64,000 nucleotides of DNA from the NCBI RefSeq assembly GCF_963921235.1, contig NC_086097.1, forward strand, positions 254,946,001 through 255,010,000, written 5' to 3'. The position numbers and the translations under genes were made by a program. Source of the stretch: Mobula hypostoma. Taxonomy: Eukaryota. This document shows, piece by piece, positions 9,817 to 21,132 of this stretch (position 1 is the first letter of the stretch; each line of letters begins with the position of its first letter). A model generated the notes under the pieces. The model had not been told where the DNA came from. It saw only the letters and a program-made list of their open reading frames with translations, and did not search any database.

Positions 9817-12815
9817 GCGCCTCTTCCTATAGATGCTGCTTGGCCTGCTGCGTTCACCAACAACTTTGATGTATGTTGCTTGAATTTCCAGCATCTGCAG
9901 AATTCCTGTTGTTTGCAAATAGATAGATAGATACATAGATATACTTTATTAATCCCGAGGGAAATTTGGTTTCGTTCCAGCAGCACCAACCAAGAATAGA
10001 GCGTAAGTATAGCAAAACAAAAAACCCCAACAATCAAACAACAAACTGCAAAACTATGCCAGATGGAAAATAAGTCCAGGACCAGTCTATTGGCTCAGGG
10101 TGTCTGACCCTCCACGGGAGGAGCTGCAAGTTCGATGGCCACAGGCAGGAACGACCTCCTGTGCCGCCAACTGTTGTATCACGATGGAATGTGGCCGAAT
10201 TCCAACAGTAAAAAGTTCAATATCCAGTCTGCAAACACGTTCCTCGATCAAATATATCCCGGATTGTACCATCTCTTGTTAACCAGATCAGTAAGCAGCG
10301 AACTCCTTTATACTCACCGCCTTCAGAGCACTTCCGGTCAGCCGGAACGGTATTAAACACCGAAATCCTCTTCTCCAAAAGTCTCTGTTGTCTCGACCCG
10401 TTCCTCTTTCCTCGGCTTTGTGATCCCCCTCTGTGTGTTTTCCTCCGGATTTCCGCAGGGGTGTCCACCGCTTTGTTCGCTAAGCCGGCCGGTATTTGCT
10501 GGTCCGTGGAATACACAATGTGACCTTGATGCCGTCCCGCGTGTCGGGATGTAACCATTTCCAGCGCTAAAGAAAACCCAAATAAAACTCTCTCTTCCAG
10601 CATGTTAGAGAGGGTGCAGCATCGACGTGTTACCGTGAGGAAGAAAAATTCAAAAAAATAGCGCAAATTAAAAAGTAAAGAAGAAAGTAAGTAAAAATAG
10701 ATCGTAAGGGCTGAACCCAGGCGCATACGCGACCGGCGCATGCGCACTAACGATATAAAATTATTAAAGGATTGGACACACTGCAGGCAGGAAGCATGTT
10801 CCCGCTTATGGGTGAGTCCGGAACCAGAGGCCACAGTTTAAGAATAAGGGGTGGGCCATTTACAACGGAGTTGAGGAAGAACTTTTTCACACATAGAGTG
10901 GTGGATACACGGAATGCTCTGCCCCAGAAGGCAGTGGAGGCCAAGTCTCTGAATGCTTTCAAGAAAGAGATGGATAGAGCTCTTAACGATAGCGCTATCA
11001 AAGATTATAGGGATAAGGCAGGAACTGTGTACAGATTGTGGATGATCAGCCATGATCACAGTGAATGGCGGTGCTGGATCGAAGGGCGGAATGGCCTACT
11101 CCTGCACCTATTATCCATTGCCCATTGTCTATTCACCCAGACTAAAATTGACAAAAAACACATATTTCTACCAAATAGTTACAACAGTGCAAAGTAATAC
11201 CGTAATTTGATAAGAGCAGACCAATGGCACCGAAAAAAAAGTTTCAAAGACCTGATGGCCTCATCAACTCAAGCAGACGGTAGAAGGAAGAACTCCCCCT
11301 GCCATGAGCTTCCAGCGGCTCGAACTTGCCGATGCAGCGTCCTGGAAGCAACCGACCACAGTCCAAAGTCTGAGTCCGTCTGAAAACTTCCACCCTCCAA
11401 CCAGCGCTCCGACACCGAGCACCGAGCAACCTCTCTACCGAACGCTTCCACCCGGGCCCCGGCCGCCAAGCACAGGCAAAGCCGAGAATTCGGGGCATTT
11501 CCCTGCGGAGATTTCCGATCCCACAGTAGCCGCGGCAGCGAAGCAGGCATTTCAGAAGTTTCACCAGATGTTCCTCCGTGCCTCACGTCTGCCTCTATCA
11601 ATGCGGAATTGTGCACGGCCTCCTACTTGACAGGTAACAGATATTCATCAACGGAGAGGCCGGGCGTAGCAAGTGTACCGTGGAAGAGACCGACACAAAG
11701 GCCCAGATGGATCATCGGTGACCTCTTCGTTGGAAGACATTTAGCAATCAGTCTAGGTTGAGCGATTCCAAACTGCACGAGGAAGGGATGCCAGAATCTG
11801 AATTCCGACGCATCATTGGAGGGCGCCGTTAAAAACGAAGACAACTGACGACATTGTTAACGGCCTTATGTCGTTTCCATATATCCGCTGTGTTGCAATG
11901 TGGCTGAACTAATGTGGTGGCACAAGTCGGGAGAAAAATCTCCATATTTCTGCAGGAGGTTTGATGTGGGAGCTGTGAAACAGAAGAGGCAGATCTGCAT
12001 TAAGTGTACAGGAGCATGAAATTGAATCGTCCTGCACAAGCGAGCTCTTGGAACAGCAGGTTTGCAGTGTGCGTATGTCTGCAGTGTGTTGTCCCTCCTA
12101 TCATCGACCCGGAGAGAAGCAAATCGTCCCGTGATGATGGAATTCAGTCACTGAGCTGTTCAGCTAATTTGTCATTTGGCTGTACTTTTCCAAAAGTGTC
12201 GGAGAATGCGGCAACGAAATAGGCAGGTATAGCGGATCCGAGATCGCTCCTTTGAGTGCAGTGTAGGTTCCCACCAGAATGTTGAGTCGTAGATGGAGAT
12301 TTACAATCTGCCAGAAGAAATGGTTCATGAAGATGTTCTGCTTCTGACCCATGAGTTCCCGCCGGGGCGTAATGATCCAGGAAAGGTGAATGCGGAAATG
12401 TTGCTAACTGTGGTGTTGTTGGTGATATGTGGGTATTGAGGGCCAGATTTCAGATGACCTGAATATGCATGTTCACGGAAGCGACGCAATACACGGTATG
12501 TTTCGATGTCTCTGTGAGGAAGTGATTGTACGCCGAATGTTTGTCGCTGCATTGAAGTAGAGATATCAATTCCAACTGTAATAACAATCGGTTGTAAAAA
12601 TAGAAGGATAATTCCTTGCATGCGATAGAATGAATTGTCGTTTGGGAACATGACAGGTGACAGAGGCAAAGAGCGACCGTATGTGTGTCTGAGTGGTTGG
12701 TTGATGATTGAGTGTGTCTGTGTGTGAGCTGATGATTGTGCAACGGTGAGCAGTGCCAGGCATGCAACGGTGCTTGTGGCGCAGAGCAAATTACAGGAGG
12801 TGAATTGGATGTGCT

Positions 12816-12888
12816 GGAGAATTAGCTCAAATGCTAGAGTGCTCGCTTAGCATGCGAGAGGTAGCGAGATCGATGCTCGCATTCTCCA
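12816..12888 (+). pseudogene. tRNA-Ala(AGC) A3:U70 variant, likely pseudogene
   Basis: GGAGAAT acceptor; D-loop GG>GC; GAGC>GAGT; terminator reduced to TTT. Confidence 0.8.
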
Positions 12889-13385
12889 TTGACATTTCGT
12901 ATCCAGAGGCACTCGTCTCATCAAGTTGCTGTGAAGTTTGGAATGTACAGAAGATAGGTGTGGCGGAGAGAGAGACGATCGTGTCTCAGTAAAGGAAACG
13001 GGGAAATCTGCTGCCTTGAAAGCAGATACTAGGAAGAGCCAGCTGGCAGCTGGTGCTTCAGTAGTATTTGAGCAGCAGGTGTCCATTCAGACAGAAATCA
13101 GTTAAGTGTTCCAAAGGAAATTGCCCTGGACTCTGGGCGAAATCAGAAAGCTGAGCAGCCTTTGATTTTGACAAGCAAAGAAGATCAAAGAGCTGTGCTG
13201 GAGTCGCACCGAGAATGGTGATATGCTCGGTGATGTGCGTCATCCGGTCGCCTGTGGTCCCTAGTGCTGGAAGGACTGGATATTACATTTGGCAGGCTGT
13301 TGCTCTGGGTCGAAAGTCACCAGGATGAAAATCTGCATAATCATTGTCGGTAGGAGCCAGCGTGGCGAAGCTTGGTATCGCTTTT

Positions 13386-13471
13386 CCTTCGATAGCTCAG
13401 TTGGTAGAGCGGAGGACTGTAGAGGAAATGGAGTCATCCTTAGGTCGCTGGTTCGAATCCAGCTCGAAGGA
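13386..13471 (+). tRNA. tRNA-Tyr(GTA), intron-containing
   Basis: One T-stem change (CCGGC>CCAGC) that converts a U:G pair to U-A. Confidence 0.95.
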
Positions 13472-13709
13472 TCGGGAATTCTTTTACTACGCCGATCATC
13501 AATTCCGTACTACAGAGCTTCTCGGTGGCACAAGACTGCAGTCCGAATGGCTCCGACTCGCGACGGGAAGAATACAGAGGCATCTAATCACATAACAGGC
13601 AAGGCCAGCAGATCACTGGGTCACATGTCAGAGCGCTATGTCCTCACGCTTGCTGCTCTGACAGTACGACAACTCTCACTCGTCCTAACGTAACTCAGAG
13701 ATGGAAATA

Positions 13710-14300
13710 TTAGATTAGGTTTTGACGACATTCCGTCCTCGTTCTTTTAAATCAACTTACAATGCATTAAAAGATGATACAATGTGCCTCCGGTATGATA
13801 TCACAAAAGCACAAGAAGCCCAAGACTAAAAGTGACAGAATCCACATAATTCTACAATATAGTTAAGCAGTGCAAAGCAATACCGCAATTTGATAAGAGC
13901 AGACCATGGGCACGGAAAAAAAGTCTCAAAGACCCGATTGCTTCGTCATCTCACGCAGACGGAAGAAGGAAGAAAATCACCCTGCCATGAGCTTCCAGCG
14001 GCTCGAACTTGCCGATGCAGCGTCCTGGAAGCAACCGACCACAGTCCAAAGTCTGAGTCCGTCCGAAAACTTCCGGCCTCCGACCAGCGCTCCGACACCG
14101 AGCACCGAGCAGCCTCTCTGCCGAACGTTTCCACCCGGGCTCCGGCCGCCAAGCAACAGGCAAAGCGGAAAATTCGGGGTATTTCACTCCGGAGATTTCC
14201 GATGACACAGTAGCCGCGGCAGCGAAGCAGGCATTTCAGAAGTTTCACCAGATGTTCCTCCGTGCATCAGGTCTGCCTCCATCAATGCGGAAATGTGCAC
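13710..14300 (-). mobile_element. Unclassified non-coding retroposon (SINE-like) with 3' stem-loop and (ATCTA)n tail; uninterrupted copy
   Basis: Begins on + with (TTAGA)n; better-preserved copies carry the hairpin GAGGAC-ACTCA-GTCCTC (e.g. ~17880-17896); ~600-bp body recurs after most Tyr genes; second uninterrupted copy ~38710-39315. The far boundary is uncertain. Confidence 0.5.
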
Positions 14301-15194
14301 GTCCTCCTACTTGACAGATAACAGATATGCATCACCGGAGAGGCCGCGTGTAGCAAGTGTACAGAGGAAGATACCGACACAAAGGCCCAGATGGAACATC
14401 GGTGACCTCTTCGTTGGAAAACATTTAGCAATTAGTCTAGGTTGAGCGAATCCAAACTGCACGAGCAAGGGATGCCAGAATCTGAATTTGGGCTGATCGT
14501 TGGAGGGCACCGTTGAAAGCGAAGGCAGCTGACGGCATTGCCATCGCCCTTATGTCGTTTCCATATATCCGTTGAGGTGGAATACGGCTCATCTGTGTGG
14601 AGTCAGATGTGCATTAGGTGTACAGCTACATGAAATTGGAGCGCCCTGCAGAAGCGAGCTCTTGGAACAGCAGGTTTCGAGTGTGCATATGTCTGCAGTG
14701 TTTTGTCCCTGCTATCATCGTCCCGGAGAGAGGCAAATCGTCCATTGATGATGGAATTCAGTCATTGAGCTTTTCAGCTGATTTGTCATTTGGCTGTAGA
14801 TTTCCAGAAGTGTCGGAGAATGCGGCAACGAAATAGACAGGAACGGCAGATCCGAGAATGCTCTGTTTGATAGCAGTGTAGAATTCCAGGAGAATGTTGT
14901 GTCGTTGATGCCGTTTTACAATCTGCCAGAAGAAATGGATGACGCGGCCGTTGCCTTGGTCCATGAAGATGTTCTGCTTCTGACACACGAGTTCCCTCCG
15001 TGGCGTAATAATACAGGAAAGGTGAATGCGGGAAGGTTGCTAACAGTGGTGCTGTTGGTGATATGTTGGTATTGAGGGGCCAGATTTCAGCTGAGGGGCA
15101 TCTGCATGTTCACAGAAGCACGGTATGTTTCGGTGTGTCCATGGGGAAGTGATTTTACGCCGAATTTTTGTCGCTACTTCGAAGTCTAGATATC

Positions 15195-16157
15195 TGTGAT
15201 AGTCCGGTCCGTGATGTCCATATTCCGGTTCACGGTCCGGTTCATCGACCCTTGCTCCAGGTTTCCTTTCTACCCTGTTTCTGTCCTTGTGGAGCTAATT
15301 GAGGCAGCTGATTCTCGTTGGGGCTGGCTGCATAAATACCTTCAGAGACCAGGGTGTGGTTGCTGGATTGTTCTTGTCCTAACACCTTGTATGCCTCCCT
15401 CTGCCTTCTGTTTCCTCTCCTGAAGCCCTGCCCTGTCTTGCCGGAAACGCTCGCCTTCTCTTGCTGGAAACGCTCGTCTTGTCTTGCTGGAAACCATCGC
15501 CTTGTCTTGCTGGAAACACTCGCCTTGTTTTGCTGGAAACACTCGTCTTGCCTTGCTGAAATGCTCAACTGGTCTTGCTGCAAACGCACGCCTTGGCTTG
15601 CTGGAAACCATCGCCTCGTCATGCCTGCAGTCTTGTACTGTAGCCGCCCTGTTCCTAGCTCCCTTCCTATCCCTTGCCTCCGCCCAGGTAAGCCAGGCCG
15701 TCTTGCCGTTACCTGGGGTTTGTTCTGTCCCGTCCTGTTCCTTGCCTCTGTTGGGTGGTGATCCGCGCCGTGCCCAGTTGATCCGCGCCCTGCCTAGGAG
15801 GAACCTGCTAAGCCTCGCCTCAATTCTACAGCCTCAAGTCTCGTACCTCCAGTCTCCAGCCTCGCCTCGCCTCAAGTCTCAAGTCTCAAGTCTCAGGTCT
15901 CGTCCCGCCTGCCTGCCAAGACTCGTCCTTGCCTGGTTCTGGGGCCGAGCCAGAGGCAAGACCCAGGTACTGGGTCCTTGTGCAGTGTCTGGCTCGGAGT
16001 CCAAGCCCGGGCTCCTGGCTCCCTTGTTCAGTCCTATCCAGGTTCCTGGTTTTCCTGTCCATGTCCTTGCAATCGCCCTGTATCCTAGTCCTGTCCTTAG
16101 TACTTCAGTGTCTGTGTCTTGCACTTGGGTCCGTTCCCAGCCCGTGCCCGTATGACA
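15195..16157. mobile_element. Solo-LTR-like element
   Basis: TGTGATA...TATGACA short inverted ends; 5-bp TSD ATATC (15190-15194, 16158-16162); TATA-like GCATAAATA; internal 23-bp repeats. Confidence 0.75.
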
Positions 16158-16417
16158 ATATCAATTCCAACTGCCGTCGCAATCGGTTGTAAAAATAGAC
16201 AGAAGGATAATTCTTTGCATGCGGGAGAATGATTTGTCGTTTGGGGACATGAAAAGTGACAGTGGCAGAGAGCGACCGTATGTGTGTCTGAGTGGTTGGT
16301 TGATGATTGAGTGAGTGTGTCTGTGTGTGAGCTGCTGATTGTGGAACGGTGAGCAGTGGCAGGCATGCAATGGTGCTTGTGGCGCTGAGCAAATGACAGG
16401 AGGTGACCAGATGTGCT

Positions 16418-16490
16418 GGGGAATTAGCTCAAATGGTAGAGCGCTCGCTTAGCATGCGAGAGGTAGCGAGATCGATGCTCGCATTCTCCA
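16418..16490 (+). tRNA. tRNA-Ala(AGC), intact
   Basis: Consensus sequence; TTTT downstream. Confidence 0.96.
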
Positions 16491-16847
16491 TTGGCATTTT
16501 GTATCCAGAGGCACTCCTCTCATTAAATTGCTCTTAAGTTTGGAATATACAAAATATAGGGGTGGCAGTGAGGGACATGAACGTGTCTCAGTCAAAGAAA
16601 AGGCGGAAATGTCGTAGGTCTGCTGCGTTAAAGGCAGATACGAGGAAACGGTAGCTGGCAGCTGGTGTTTCTGTTATGCATGAGCTGCAGGCGACCATTC
16701 AGACAGAAATCAGTTCAGTTGTCAAAAGGAAATTGCCCTGGGCACTGGGCGAAATGAGAAAGCGGAGTTGCCGTTGATTTTGACAAGCAAAGAAGATCAA
16801 AGAGCTGTGTTGGAGTCGCACCGAGAATGGTGATAAGCTCGGTGATG

Positions 16848-17395
16848 GAAACATAGAAACATAGAAAATAGGTGCAGGAGTAGGCCATTCGGCCCTTCGA
16901 GCCTGCACCGCCATTTATTATGATCATGGCTGATCATCCAACGCAGAACCCCGCCCCAGCCTTCCCTCCATTACCCTGACCCCCGTAGCCACAAGGGCCA
17001 TATCTAACTCCCTCTTAAATATAGCCAATGAACTGGCCTCAACTGTTTCCTGTGGCAGAGAATTCCATAGATTTACCACTCTCTGCGTGAAGAAGTTTTT
17101 CCTAATCTCGGTCCTAAAAGGCTTCCCCTCTATCCTCAAACTGTGGCCCCTCGTTCTGGACTTCCCCAACATCGGGAACAATCTTGCTGCATCTAGCCTG
17201 TCCAATCCCTTTAGGATCTTATACGTTTCAATCAGATCCCCCCTCAATCTTCTAAATTCCAACGAGTACAAGCCCAGTTCATCTAGTCTTTCTTCATATG
17301 AAAGTCCTGCCATCCCAGGAATCAATGTGGTGAACCTTTTTTGTACTCCCTCTATGGCAAGGATGTCTTTCCTCAGATTAGGGGACCAAAACTGT
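16848..17395 (-). mobile_element. 5'-truncated young CR1 inserted in the Ala-Tyr spacer
   Basis: (GAAACATA)n tail on +; ORF 16924-17325 GLSYEERLDELGLYSLEFRRLRGDLIETYKIL; absent from other spacers. Confidence 0.92.
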
Positions 17396-17530
17396 GCCTG
17401 TGGCTCATAGTGCTGGAAGGACTAGATATGCAATTGGCAGGTTGTTGCTCTGGGTGGAGAGACACTAGGATGAAAATCTGCATAATCATTGTCGGTAGGA
17501 GCCAGCCTGGCGAATCTTGGTGTCGCTTTT

Positions 17531-17616
17531 CCTTCGATAGCTCAGTTGGTAGAGCGGAGGACTATAGAGGAAATGGAGTCATCCTTAGGTCGCTGGTTCG
17601 AATCCGGCTCGAAGGA
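17531..17616 (+). tRNA. tRNA-Tyr with ATA anticodon (G34>A), intron-containing
   Basis: GGACTATAG instead of GGACTGTAG (17564-17566 = ATA); otherwise consensus; TTTT downstream. Confidence 0.9.
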
Positions 17617-17979
17617 TCGGGACTTCTTTTACTTCCCCGATCATCAATTGCGTACTACGGAGATTCTCGGTGACACAAGACTGCAGTCCGAATTGTTCCG
17701 ACTCGTGACGGGATAGAATACAGAGGCATCTAATCACATAACAGGCAAGGCCAGCAGATCACTGGGTCACATTTCAGTGCGCTATGTCCTCACGCTTGCT
17801 GCTCTAACAGTACAACAACTCTCACTCGTCCTAAAGTAACACAAAGATAGAAATATTAGATTAGATATGATTAGATGATGAGGACACTCAGTCCTCGTTT
17901 ACTGTAATTTTAAAATGCATGCGTTAAAAAAATGATACCATGTTCCTCCGGTATGATATCACAGAAACACAAGACAGAC

Positions 17980-19365
17980 TTGAACATCAGTCACTGAAAG
18001 TAAGCATGCAAGTACAGCAGGCAGTGAAGAAAGCTCTGGCATGCTGGCCTTCACAACAAGGGGAATTGAGTTTAAGAGCAAAGAGGTTTTTTGCAGCTGT
18101 ACAGGGCCCTGGTGAGTTCAGACCTGGAGTACTGTGTGCAGTTTTGATCTCCAAATTTAAGGATTGACATTCTTGCTAATGTGGGAGTGCAGCGCAGGTT
18201 CACAAGACTAATTTCCGGGAAGGCGGGACTGTCATACGTCGAAAGATTGGAGAGACTGGGCTTTTATATTCTGGAATTTAGAAGGCTGAGAGGGGATCTT
18301 ATTGAAACATAGATAGCTAGATAGATACATAGATATACTTTATTAATCCCGAGGGAAATTTGGTTTCGTTACAGCCGCTCCAACCAAGAATAGAGCGTAA
18401 GTATAGCAAAACAAAAAACCCCAACAATCAAACTCCAAAATGCAAACTATGCCAGATGGAAAATAAGTCCAGGACCAGTATATTGGCTCAGGGTGTCTGA
18501 CCCTCCACAGGAGGAGCTGCACGTTCGATGGCCACAGGCAGGAACGACCTCCTGTGCCGCCAAGTGTTGTATCACGGTGGAATGTGGCCGAAGTCCAACA
18601 GTAACAAGTTCAATATCCAGTCTGCAAACACGTTCCTCGATCGTAATATACCCCGGATTGTACCATCGTTTGTTAACCAGATCAGTAAGCACGGAACTCC
18701 TTCATGCTCCCCGGTCTCAGTGCACTTGCGGTCAGGCGGAACGGTATTAAACACCGAACTCCTCTTTCGACCCGTTCCTCTTTCCACGGCTTTGTGATCC
18801 CCCTCTGTGTGTTTTCCTCCGGATTTTAGCAGGGGTGTCCACCGCTCTGTTCGCTAAGCCGGCCGGCATTTGATGGTCCGTGAAATACACAATGCGACCT
18901 TGCTTCGGTCCCGCGTGTCGGGATGTAACCATTTCCAGCTCTAAAGAAAACCCAAATAAATCTCTTTCTACCAGCACGTTAGAGAGGGTGCAGCATGGAC
19001 GTGTTACCGTGAGGAAGAAAAATACAAGAAATAACGTAAATTAAAAAGTAAGAAGAAGAAAGTGAAATTAGATCTGAACGGCTGTACCGGGCTGCATGTA
19101 CGACCGGCGCATGCGCACTAACGATATATTAAGGGATTGGACACGGTGAAGGCAGGAAGCATGTTCCCGCTGCTGGGTGAGTCCAGAACCAGAGGCCACA
19201 GTTCAAGAATAAGGGCTGGGCCATTTAGAACGGAGTTGAGGAAGAACTTTTTCACCCAGAGAGTGGTAGACATATGGAATGGTCTGCCCCAGAAGGCTGT
19301 GGAGGCCAAGTCTCTGGATGCTTTCAAAAATGGCCTACTTCTGCACCTATTGTCTATTGTCTATT
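17980..19365 (+). mobile_element. CR1 3' fragment split by mini-Rex1
   Basis: Same arrangement as 8712-11155; internal deletion junction TTTCAA|AAATGGCC near 19326. Confidence 0.85.
18310..19118 (-). mobile_element. mini-Rex1 (uninterrupted, ~810 bp)
   Basis: ORF 18447-18692 LVNKRWYNPGYITIEERVCRLDIEL.TVGLRP; ORF 18747-18977 RIVY..PAKIRRKTHRG; Rex-type tail. Confidence 0.75.
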
Positions 19366-21059
19366 GACCAAGACTAAAATTGACAAAAACACATAATTCT
19401 ACCAAATAGTTACAACAGTGCAAAGCAATACCGTAATTTAATAAGAGCAGACCATGGGCACCGAAAAAAAAGTTTCAATTACCTGATGGCCTCGTCATCT
19501 CACGCAGACGGTAGAAGGAAGAAACTCACCCTGCCATGAGCTTCCAGCGCCGCGAACCTGCTGATGCAGCGTCCTGGAAGCAGCCGTGCGCAGTCCGACT
19601 TTGAGTCCGTCCGAAAACTTCGATCTTCCGACCAGCCCTCCGGCACCGAGCACCGAGCACCATCTCTGCCGAGCGGGTCGACCCAGGCCCCGGCCGCCAA
19701 GCAACAGGGAAAGCCGAGGATTCTGGGCATTCCTCTCCGGAGATTTCCGATCACACAGTAGCAGTGGCAGCGAAGCAGGCATTTCAGAAATTTCACCAGA
19801 TGTTCCTCCGTGCTCTCACGTCTGCCTCCATCAAATCAGAATTGTGCACGGCCTCCTACTTGACAGGTAACAAGTGCGCGTAGCAAGTGTACAGAGGAAG
19901 AGACCGACCCAAAGGCCCAGATGGAACATCGGTGACCTCTTCGTTGGAAAACATTTGACTATCAGTCTAGGTTGAGCGATGCGAAACTGCACGAGCAAGG
20001 AATGCCAGAATCTGAATTCCGGCGTATCGTTGGAGTGCACCGTTGAAAGCGAAGGCAGATGACGGCATTGTTACCGGCCTTATGTCGTTTCCATATATCC
20101 GCTGAGGTGCAATTTGGCTCAAATAATGTGGTGGCACAAGTCGGGAGAAAAATCTCCATATTTCTGCAAGAGATTTGAAGTGGGAGCTGTGAAACAGAAG
20201 AGGCAGATCTGCATTAAGTGTACAGGAACATGAAATTGGATCGCCCTGCGCAAGCGAGCTCTTGGAACAGCAGGTTTGCAGTGTGCGTATGTCTGCAGTG
20301 TGTTGTCCCTCCTATCATCGACCCGGAGAGAAGCAAATCGTCCCGTGATGATGGAATTCAGTCATTGAGCTGTTCAGCTCATTTGTCATTTGGCTGTACT
20401 TTTCCAAAAGTATCGGAGAATGCGGCTACGAAATAGACAGGTATGGCGGATCCGAGATTCCTCCTTTGAGTGCAGTGTAGATTTCCACCAGAATGTTGAG
20501 TCGTAGATGGAGTTTTACAATCTGCCGGAAGAAATGAATGACGCGGCCAACTCCTTGCTTCATAAAGAAGTTCTGCTTCTGACACATCAGTTCCCGCCGG
20601 GGCGTAATAATACAGGAAAGGTGAATACGGAAAGGTTGCTAACAGTGGTGTTGCTGGTGACACGTGGGTGTTGAGCGGCCAGATTTCGGATGACGTGAAT
20701 ATGCATGTTCACGGAGGTGACGCATTACACGGTATGTTTCGGTGTCTCTGTGAGGAAGTGACTGTACGCTGAATGTTTGTCGCTACATTGAAGTGGAGAT
20801 ATTGATTCGAACTGCAATAACAATCGGTTTTAAAAATAGACCGAAGGATAATTATTTGCATGCGCGAGAATGATTTGTCGTTTGGGGACATGAAAAGTGA
20901 CAGTGGCAGAGAGCGACCGTATGTGTGTCTGAGTGGTTGGTTGATGATTGAGTGAGTGTGTCTGTGTGTGAGCTGATGATTGTGGAACGGTGAGCAGTGG
21001 CAGGCATGCAATGGTGCTTGTGGCGCTGAGCAAATTACAGAAGGTGTATCGGATATGCT

Positions 21060-21132
21060 GGGGAATTAGCTCAAATGGTAGAGCGCTCTCTTAGCATGCG
21101 AGAGGTAGCGAGATCGATGCTGGCATTCTCCA
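21060..21132 (+). tRNA. tRNA-Ala(AGC), degenerate
   Basis: Anticodon-stem mismatch (CTCTC) and T-stem mismatch (CTGGC). Confidence 0.8.

Larger units (their letters stand above)
9087..9916 (-). mobile_element. Penelope-like element 3' fragment with inverted terminal repeat
   Basis: GIY-YIG domain at 9478-9768; the terminal segment at 9087-9203 recurs inverted within 9768-9916; hammerhead motifs in both repeats. Confidence 0.9.
9045..10747 (-). mobile_element. Internally deleted Rex1/Babar derivative (mini-Rex1); tail interrupted by a Penelope-like element
   Basis: Minus strand reads IVYS..PAEIRRKTHRG (N-terminus), TVPADR..EERVCRLDIELFTVG.RP (APE piece), HRRSFLPVAI (C-terminus), then AATTTCCCTCGGGATTAATAAAG and (TCTA)n tail. 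Confidence 0.75.
8712..11155 (+). mobile_element. CR1 3' fragment split by mini-Rex1 (pieces 8712-9044 and 10748-11155)
   Basis: QQAVKKA.GMLAFI..LYRALVRPHLEYCVQFWSP..GDLIET | YKIIKGLDT..RKNFF: continuous CR1 ORF2 C-terminus once the insert is removed. Confidence 0.88.

Noticed and set aside
15484..16155. 200+ aa ORFs inside the LTR-like element (also 31074, 39890, 60043)
   Set aside because: Low-complexity repeat translations with inconsistent frames and no gag/pol motifs.
19962..20159. ADIWKRH peptide suggesting a Harbinger transposase
   Set aside because: No DDE motifs or terminal inverted repeats; frames are broken among copies.
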